This document shows, piece after piece, positions 39,461-46,693 of a DNA stretch of 64,000 nucleotides (within the stretch, counting starts at the first letter, position 1; each line of letters starts with the position of its first letter). The translations under genes were made by a program, and so were the position numbers. The notes beneath the pieces are model-generated. The model saw only the letters and a list, made by a program, of their open reading frames with translations, had not been told where the DNA came from and searched no databases. The stretch is from an uncultured Acidobacteriota bacterium (GTDB lineage Bacteria; Acidobacteriota; Thermoanaerobaculia; Gp7-AA8). The DNA lies in NCBI GenBank assembly GCA_963822445.1, contig CAWGHO010000002.1:608001-672000 (forward strand). Direction: 5' to 3'.

Positions 39461-40024
39461 CTATCGCAACCGCAGCGTGCAATCCCATTGTTCGGACGCG
39501 CGCAGGCCGCAGGTGATGGTGGCGTCGAATGGGGTGACCGAGGTGATCCGCACGCCGTTCCAGGGGACCTCGCCGCGGGCGGCGATGACCCGTCGCAATG
39601 GACCGGCCGCTTCCTTGACGAGATGGGCGAATCCGCGGCCGGTGTGGCAGCTCTGCAGAACGATTGTGGCGGTGGGATCGAGGCGATCGAGGAACCTCGC
39701 CAGACGCGCTTTGTCGGTGGCGTCGAGGGTGCGCTGATCGCGGCGCGCGAGGTACATGGCGAACGGATCGCCGTGGCCGGAGATCACCAGCAGCTTCGCG
39801 CCGCGCACGTCGATGTTGAACAAGGCATCGTCAGTGGCAATCTGTTCGTGAACTTCGACGTCGTACTGGCGGGCGATTTTCTCGACGAGCTTCCGCTGAT
39901 GCGAGGTGTAGAAGACGCGGCGGAACAGCGAGCGCTCTTTTGGGTAGATGAGGATCGCGCGATCGCGGGCCTGGGCGGCGGACGCGAAAAGCAAAAGCAC
40001 CGCGAGAAGAACTCGGGAACTCAT
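39461..40024 (-). CDS. Small secreted protein with caspase/hemoglobinase-fold-like His-Cys motifs
   Basis: Signal peptide (…ASAAQA); LLVISGHG and IVLQSCHTG motifs. Confidence 0.7.
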   Translation of the reverse strand: MSSRVLLAVLLLFASAAQARDRAILIYPKERSLFRRVFYTSHQRKLVEKIARQYDVEVHEQIATDDALFNIDVRGAKLLVISGHGDPFAMYLARRDQRTLDATDKARLARFLDRLDPTATIVLQSCHTGRGFAHLVKEAAGPLRRVIAARGEVPWNGVRITSVTPFDATITCGLRASEQWDCTLRLR

Positions 40025-40060
40025 GGGAGCCGGTTATTGGACCGGCTCCCATTCTACGGC

Positions 40061-43000
40061 CTACCTGTCGTTTGCGATTTCCACGAACTCGTAAATGTAA
40101 TTGCCCGTTCCCAGCGCGTCGGAGAACTCGCTGATGAACGCGCCCTTGTTGCAGGGCGCGGGGGCGCCGCTGCCGGGGTTGGCGGTGCTCGAGGCGGCGC
40201 GGGTCCAGTTCGACGATGTGTTCGGGTTGCCACAGCCGTTTGTGCGGCGCAGGCTCTCGCCTCCGGCGCTGGCCATGGCCACGGTCAGGCCGTCCACGCG
40301 CGTATTCGAAGCATTGCGCAGGTCATACGTCTCGCTGCCGTTGATCTGGGGCATGGTGTCCGCGGCGTTGAGGTAGATGACGTTCGCGCCGAGGGTCACG
40401 CCCCAGAAGGTCTGGAACTGCGCCTTGGTGGCGTTGCGCCCGATGACGAGATAGCCACGCGAGGGGATGATCGTGTTCGACGGGATGATGTAAGTCAGCG
40501 CGGCGTTGGCCTGCACGATCCGGTATCCGCTGACGTTGAACGGCGTGCCGTTGCTGACGGTGACACTGATGCTCGTCGAGCTGCCGATGTTGTTCGCCGC
40601 GTCGTAGGCCTTCGCTTGAATCGAGTGCGCGCCATTCGTCGCGGTCGCGGTGTCCCAGCTCCAGGCGTACGGCGAGGTCGTGTCGGTCGACTTCAGCACT
40701 CCATCCAGCCAGAACTCGACCTTCGTCACGCCGACGTTGTCGCTGGCACTGGCGGTGACGCTGACCACCGAGCTGACCGTGGCGCCATTCGCCGGGGCGG
40801 TGATCGAGGTCGTAGGCGGCGTGGTGTCATTGCTGACCGTCACGTTCACCGTCGCCGACGTCCCGACGTTGTTCGCCGCGTCGTAAGCCTTCGACTGCAG
40901 CGAGTGCGCGCCGTTCGTCGCGCTGAGCGTGTTCCAGCTCCAGGCATACGGCGAGGACGTGTCGGTCGACTGCAGCGCGCCATCGAGCCAGAACTCGACC
41001 TTCGTCACGGCCACGTTGTCGCTCGCGGACGCGGTCACGCTGACTGCGCTGGAGACGATGGCGCCGTTCGCCGGGGCGGTGATCGAAGTCGCCGGCGCGG
41101 TCGTGTCGCCGGCAGGCGCGGAGTCGTTGTGCAGCTCGATGAACTCGTAGATGTAGTTGCCGGTGCCGCTGGCGTCGGAGTGCTCATTGATCTTCACGCC
41201 GCCGCCGCAACCCGCACCCGCGCCACTGCCCGGATTCGAGGAAGCCTCGGTGAGCGTGTTCCAGGTCGAGCCGCACGGATCGACGCGCTGCACGGTGCGC
41301 GCGGCGGTCGCCGGCTGCGACGCGGTCGGGCCATCGCGCAGAACTGCCGACGCGTTGTAGAGCGAGTAGTTCTCATCGCCGTTGATCACCGGCATGCCGC
41401 CGGCGGAGTTGATGAAGATCGTGTTCGCCGGAAGCGTGACGCCCCAGAACCCTTCGAACGCGGCCTTGTCGGCCTGGCGGGCGATGACGAGGTAGCCATC
41501 CGCGGGGATGACCGTGCCGGCCGGGATGACGTACTCGTAGATCGCGTTGGCCTGCGTGACTTTCCAGCCCGACACGTCAGCGCTCGAGCCACCGCCGCCG
41601 CCGTTGCTCACGGTGATGCTGATCGCGGCCGAGGTCGCGCTGTTGTTCGCGGCGTCGAAGGCTTTCGAAGTCAGCACATGAGGGCCATTCGCGGCGCCGA
41701 TCGTGTTCCAGCTCCATTCGTATGGGGCGGAGGTGTCGGTCGATTGCACGACGCCGTCGAGCAGGAACTGAACGCTGGTGACGCCGACGTTGTCTGTGGC
41801 GCTGGCGGTGACGTTGACCGTTGCGGAAACAATGACTCCGATCGCCGGCGACGTGATCGCGGTCACCGGCGGTGTGGTGTCGCCGCCGCCGCTCGTGTAG
41901 GTGATCCACATCGGCGCGGACCAGAGGTCATGTCCATCGGCCTGCACGGCGTGCACGAAGTAGTAGTACGTGCCCGAAGTCAGCGATTCATTCAGCGTGG
42001 CCGAGGAGCCGGAGAAGGTCGCGAATGGCGCGGGCGGAACGCCGCCGCCGATCTGGCCGCGCCAGATCTCGAGCGTGGAGACCGACTCGCCATCGGGATC
42101 GTAGACGTTGGCCACGATCGACGCGCCGCCCGCGGAGTTGAAGATGTCGCCCATCACCTGCGACCCGTCCGCCGTCCGGAACACGAGCTGCGCATTCGGA
42201 TCCTCGGACGCATAGAAATGCCGGGCCTTGTGCGCGGCGAGCAGCGCGGCCTTGCTCAGCGACGGCGCGAGATAGACCGTGCGCGTCGGCAAAGCCATGC
42301 CGTAGTTGTTGCAATGCGAGTCGTGATCGGCGACCGGTCCGACGTGGAAACCTTTGTTCAGCGCTTCCTTCCAGCGCAGCGCAGTAGTCGGTCGAGCCGA
42401 CGTTCGCGTTCGCGCAGTCCTCGGCCGTCGAGAAAGCCAGGCCGCTGCGAACGGCGATGCCCTGGATCGCCTCGTCCGCGTCAGCGTTGAACGCGTAGTT
42501 GTCGAACTCGCCGGTCGCGGGATGGTTGAGGATGCCCAGCGCGCCGGCGCTGGAGGGATTCTCGACCGAGCGTCTGTACAGGGTGAGGTAGCCGTAGCGC
42601 TTCGGCGTGAAGACGTCGAAGTAGCAGTTCGTGCCGGGCGTGCATTCGGCGCTCGGACCGTTGCAGGTGCTGCACGTTTCCCAGCCGAAGAGCGCCGGCG
42701 TCTCGAGCAACGTGACGTGGCCCTGATCGCCGTTCGTGCTGACGCCCCATTCCATTCCGTAGATCGCGACGAACGAGCCGTTGACCGTTGCTGCATTCGC
42801 GGCCGCGAGTCCGTCCTGATACCGCTGGCGCACCTTGGTCTCGGTGACCGGCGGGTTGTTGTTCGCGATCGCGTCCTGAATGAGGTGGTTGTGCTCGTTC
42901 ACGACCCAGAAATCGAGACCGGCCGTGCTCCGCGCGTAGCCGAAGACGTCGGCCGGCGCGAACGTGCCGCTGCCGTACGCGTTGCCGGAGTTGCACGCGC

Positions 43001-43655
43001 CGGTCGGATGTCCGCCGTCGGACCAATTCGAATGCGCGTGCGTGGAGCCGTAATAGAAGTTGTACGCGAAGCCCGATTCGAGGGGCGTGTTCTGCTGGAC
43101 CTGGCAACTGGTCGCATTCGCGCTGATGCGCAGGCCTGATGAGGCGACTTCGGTCAGGTCGTAGTTGACGATTACTTCGTCGCTCGATGCGAGTGCTTCT
43201 TCGTAGCCGTCGAACGCCGCGTCGTAGGTCCGCGCGCGCAGTGGACGCGGGCCGAAGTAGCGGGCGACGAAGGTGTAGCGATAGCGGCCCGCGGGGACGA
43301 GCTGACCGCTGTCGTCGCGGCCATCCCACCAGAGCTCCGCGAGGGCCGCGCCTTCGGTGCCGATGTGCGCGCGTCCATCGACAGTGAGCACGCGCGTGCC
43401 GTCGCTGACGCGCTCGATGCGCAGTTGCCAGAGCGCGGGGCCGAAGCGGCCTTCGTACGCGGCGCGCTGGTACGAGAGGATCGAGAAGAGGCGGACCGTG
43501 CCGAGGTCGCCGGTGTGGGCGGGGGAGAACTGGTAGGCGCTCGCGCCGACCGCGGCGATGAAATCGGCATCGCAGTCGTCGTATTCGGAGGCGCAGAGGA
43601 TCGACGGGGTAACCAGGCAGACGAACACCAGGAGCGCGCGAGCAAACAGCCTCAT
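40061..43655 (-). pseudogene. Secreted PHP-family (CehA/McbA-like) metallohydrolase with FlgD-like, Ig-like and lamin-tail-like domains, interrupted by a +1 frameshift near 42383 (pseudogene or sequencing error)
   Basis: The 5' frame (start MRLFARALL at 43655, GGAGG RBS) carries GSTHAHSNWSDG, NEHNH, GMEW…GH and LNHP. The 3' frame continues ALRWKEALNKGFHVGPVADHDSH, then three Ig repeats and two LTD-like repeats. The frames join at GAC TAC t GCG CTG CGC TGG. Confidence 0.8.
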
Positions 43656-43703
43656 CAATTGCCTCCGAAATTGGTTACTTAAATGTGAGAGGGAAATCCT
43701 ACC

Positions 43704-43739
43704 AAAAAAACACGGGGCGTCGCAATTGCGACGCCCCGT
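43704..43739 (-). terminator. Intrinsic terminator of the subtilase gene
   Basis: acggggcgtcgc-aatt-gcgacgccccgt stem followed by a T7 run on the minus strand. Confidence 0.8.
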
Positions 43740-43788
43740 TCTCTCCGCATCGCGCACCGGCAGGTTGCGCGCTCCGCAGAGATTCCCT

Positions 43789-45513
43789 TTACTTGAGCGG
43801 AAAGTACTGCTGCACCGTGAAGGTGTAGCTCTGCACGGTGTTGATCCAGCCGCGGGCCAGCGCGCGCCACGCGCCGGTCTGCGGGTAATCGATGGCCACG
43901 CCTTCCCGCGCGGCCATGGAGAGTGCCTGAATGTCCTGCGAATTCGCGACGTCGACCCAGGTGCCGTTCTCATCGCGCTGCAGGTACAGATCGAGATCGT
44001 GTGCGTACTGGTCCCAGAAAAGCTTCGCGTCGAGGAACACCGCATTCGGAGCAACCTCGAACGCATGCGCAACCTCGGAAACCGGGTTGTATGCGCCGAC
44101 CGCCGGCAGCAGCGTGCCGGTTCCACGGGTCTCGACGACGTAGACCTGCATGGTCTTGCCCGTGCGCGGATCGCGGTACGCCTTGACGCTCTTGATTCCT
44201 CTGGCCTGCTCCACCGCGGCGTAGGCGTTGATCATCCCCGCGCCGACCGCCCACGGCTCGTACCCGGGCATCGGCGTCGCGGTGTTGACGATGATCCGCT
44301 TCGCGAGATCGGGGGTCATGTCCGCGCGGGTCTGGTAAAGCAGGGCAACGACGCCGGCCACGTGCGGACAGGCCATCGATGTTCCGCTCATGTGCGTGTA
44401 GTAGGGAATCCATTCCGGCTGGATGTTGGCGTCGAGGTCCGCGCCCAGCGGCGGAAGGACGGTGTTCGGTGCGCGTGCGGCGACGATGTCCGTGCCAGGC
44501 GCGGTGATGTGCGGCCGGACGAGATCATCCTGATAGCGGCCGCGCGACGAGCTGTTGCTCAGCGTCGTTCCATCTTTGTATCCGTTGGCGACGCCGATGA
44601 CCCACGGCGCGATCGAGTACGGATTCATCGTGTCCGTGCCCGGGCCGGAATTGCCGGCGGCGAAGACGACGGTCATGCCCGCGTCGGCCGCTACCTTCGA
44701 AGCCTGGTTGATGGGATCGTTCGGATCGAACGCTTCTCCGGGCTCCATCGTGCTGCCCCAGGAGTTGGAGATGACTTTGATGTTGTATTTCGACCGGTTG
44801 CTGATCGCATAGTCGAAGCCCTCCAGCGCGTAGAAGATGAAGAGCGTGTCGCCGGTGCCGATGCCGACGAGATGCGAGCCCGGTGCGACGCCGGCGTAGT
44901 AGCCGCCGGACGCCGCACCGGAGCCGGCGGCGGTGCTCGCGCAGTGCGTGCCGTGACCGCTGGAGGTATCGGAGTTCGGCAGGTTCTCGATGACCTGCAC
45001 GATCGCCGAGCCGGTCGGAGAATCTTCCGCACTCGCGCCGAGGATCTTCACGTTCTGCACGACCTTCGTGCCGAACTTCAGATCGGGATGGGTCGCGTCG
45101 ATGCCGCTGTCGATGACGGCGATGCCGATGCCTTTGCCGTCGATGCCGAGCTGGGACTTCGCGCGATCGGCGCCGATCAGAGCAACCGATTCGTGCAGGA
45201 AGTACTGGAGCTGCTCATCGAGGTAGAGCGATTTGAGGCCGGGGATGCCGAGGAGCCGGGTGACGCCGGCGGCGTTGGTCTCGACCAGCGCCATCGGGAG
45301 CGATTTCAGGAACTGGCTGCGGGAAGTCACCGAGCTGACCAGGGAGCGGTCGAGGGCGGTGGGAACGTGATCGAAGGTGGCGATGACCCGGAGCGGGGCG
45401 GTCGAGGGGGCCGCCAGCCGGGCTTTGAGGTCCGGATCGAGAATCTGGGCCTGCAGAGGAAGAGAAAAAATTGCTGCTACGACGACGAAAAGTGAGCCTG
45501 CCAAGCGTTTCAT
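43789..45513 (-). CDS. Secreted S8 subtilase (AprX-like serine protease)
   Basis: Catalytic triad IDSG (D), GHGTH (H), SGTSMACP (S); AAGNSG oxyanion motif; signal peptide and propeptide. Confidence 0.92.
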   Translation of the reverse strand: MKRLAGSLFVVVAAIFSLPLQAQILDPDLKARLAAPSTAPLRVIATFDHVPTALDRSLVSSVTSRSQFLKSLPMALVETNAAGVTRLLGIPGLKSLYLDEQLQYFLHESVALIGADRAKSQLGIDGKGIGIAVIDSGIDATHPDLKFGTKVVQNVKILGASAEDSPTGSAIVQVIENLPNSDTSSGHGTHCASTAAGSGAASGGYYAGVAPGSHLVGIGTGDTLFIFYALEGFDYAISNRSKYNIKVISNSWGSTMEPGEAFDPNDPINQASKVAADAGMTVVFAAGNSGPGTDTMNPYSIAPWVIGVANGYKDGTTLSNSSSRGRYQDDLVRPHITAPGTDIVAARAPNTVLPPLGADLDANIQPEWIPYYTHMSGTSMACPHVAGVVALLYQTRADMTPDLAKRIIVNTATPMPGYEPWAVGAGMINAYAAVEQARGIKSVKAYRDPRTGKTMQVYVVETRGTGTLLPAVGAYNPVSEVAHAFEVAPNAVFLDAKLFWDQYAHDLDLYLQRDENGTWVDVANSQDIQALSMAAREGVAIDYPQTGAWRALARGWINTVQSYTFTVQQYFPLK

Positions 45514-45554
45514 GTGATGCTTTTTGCGCCTCCTGCCGTGGTAGCAGTACTACC

Positions 45555-45570
45555 AGCAAATCTTCTGCCA
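45555..45570 (-). promoter_or_regulatory. Putative sigma54 promoter
   Basis: Minus strand TGGCAGAAGATTTGCT closely matches TGGCAC-N5-TTGCW, about 40 nt upstream of the subtilase ATG. Confidence 0.6.
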
Positions 45571-45629
45571 GCCTGTTGGTAGGGGCACCACCTTGACGGC
45601 TTTCGACCATCGACGTAGGCTGCCTGAAC

Positions 45630-46250
45630 GTGACCGTCCCGGAAGCCGATCTCACCCAAACCTCCAGAGGACGCCTGCTCACCGCGGGCAAAACGCTGTT
45701 CGCGAAGAGCGGCTACGAGCAGACCTCGACCGCCGCGATCGCGCGCGAAGCCGGCAGCTCGGAATCGCAGTTGATCCGCTACTTCGGCGGCAAAGCGGGG
45801 CTGCTCGAGGCGATCTTCAACGAGTCATGGAAGTCGCTGAATGAGGTCGTCGAGGACCACATCGCCAGCGCCGCTCACGGCCGCGACGCCATCCTCAAGC
45901 TGCTGGTGATGATGATCCAGGCCTTCAGCCTCGATCACGACATCGCCTTCCTCTTCCTCTTCGAAGGACGGCGCATGCGCAGCGGCTCCCACGAAGTGAT
46001 CATCTCCAGCGGCTTCACCAGGTTCATGGAAGTGGTGAACGCGATGATCGAGAAGGGCCGCGCAGACGGCTCGTTCCGCACGGACATCCAACCGGCCGTG
46101 CTCTCTTCAGCAATGCTCGGCTGCGCCGAAGGAATGATCCGCGACCGCGTCCTCGCCGAACGGAACAACAAGCCGAATCCGTTCGAAGACGACGATATCT
46201 ATCGGACGTTCACGGCGATGGTGAACGGGCTCGCTCCGCTCGCCCAGTAA
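45630..46250 (+). CDS. TetR/AcrR family transcriptional regulator
   Basis: LFAKSGYEQTSTAAIAREAG…RYFGGKAGL HTH. Confidence 0.9.
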   Translation: MTVPEADLTQTSRGRLLTAGKTLFAKSGYEQTSTAAIAREAGSSESQLIRYFGGKAGLLEAIFNESWKSLNEVVEDHIASAAHGRDAILKLLVMMIQAFSLDHDIAFLFLFEGRRMRSGSHEVIISSGFTRFMEVVNAMIEKGRADGSFRTDIQPAVLSSAMLGCAEGMIRDRVLAERNNKPNPFEDDDIYRTFTAMVNGLAPLAQ

Positions 46251-46688
46251 TGAGTAATGAGTGATGAGTGAGTCTCATTACAGCGGTTCGTGTCCGGTGC
46301 AGCGGCCGAGCTAGACGACATTGCGCTCGGCGCGTTCCTCTTGGCGCCACCATTCGAGGATTTTCGTGGCGACGGCGATATCTGACGCGTCGTCTTCGAC
46401 GAGCCCCATGGCGCCCGTCCGGCAGTAGCGCAGATGCGCCGCGAGGTCTTCCACGGTTTCGCCTCGCTGAAGGAGGCCAACGATGTGAGGCGCGTAGTTG
46501 TCGTACTCGTCCGGAGGTAGGCCGTCGGCGACAAGATCGTCGGTAACGCCGATCGGATCCCACTCCCGCAGGAACTTCTCGACCTCGCGAATCTGTCTCA
46601 TCGTGCGTCGTTTTCTCTCGTCCATGTCGTCTAACTCAGACCTCATTGATGAGGCATGAGTGAAGCAACTCATCACTCATCCCTCATA
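46246..46688 (-). mobile_element. Putative solitary integron-type gene cassette flanked by (ATGAGTR)n heptamer-repeat hairpins
   Basis: On the minus strand, GTTAGACGACAT(G) at the start and ATGTCGTCTAGC at the stop are 11/12 complementary (GTTRRRY / RYYYAAC-like). The stop is followed by the attC-like sequence tcggccGCTGCACCGGAC. Heptamer arrays lie at 46246..46281 and 46642..46688. Confidence 0.55.
46311..46625 (-). CDS. Small hypothetical protein (DUF1871-like WDPIG…DEYD.Y family)
   Basis: 104 aa from ATG 46625; EWDPIGV…PPDEYDNYA motif; no RBS. Confidence 0.7.
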   Translation of the reverse strand: MDERKRRTMRQIREVEKFLREWDPIGVTDDLVADGLPPDEYDNYAPHIVGLLQRGETVEDLAAHLRYCRTGAMGLVEDDASDIAVATKILEWWRQEERAERNVV

Positions 46689-46693
46689 CCTTT

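Noticed and set aside
42370-42395. Programmed ribosomal frameshift or phase variation in the PHP hydrolase gene
   Set aside because: There is no slippery heptamer, homopolymer or clear simple-sequence tract at the junction; an error or point indel is more likely.
37976-42490. 1504-aa plus-strand ORF (and similar long antisense ORFs 607..2715, 9950..13315, 34893..36968, 46898..48763, 60704..63265)
   Set aside because: These lie antisense to well-supported genes, are Arg/Gly/Val-rich with no motifs, and are the expected shadows of high-GC codon usage.
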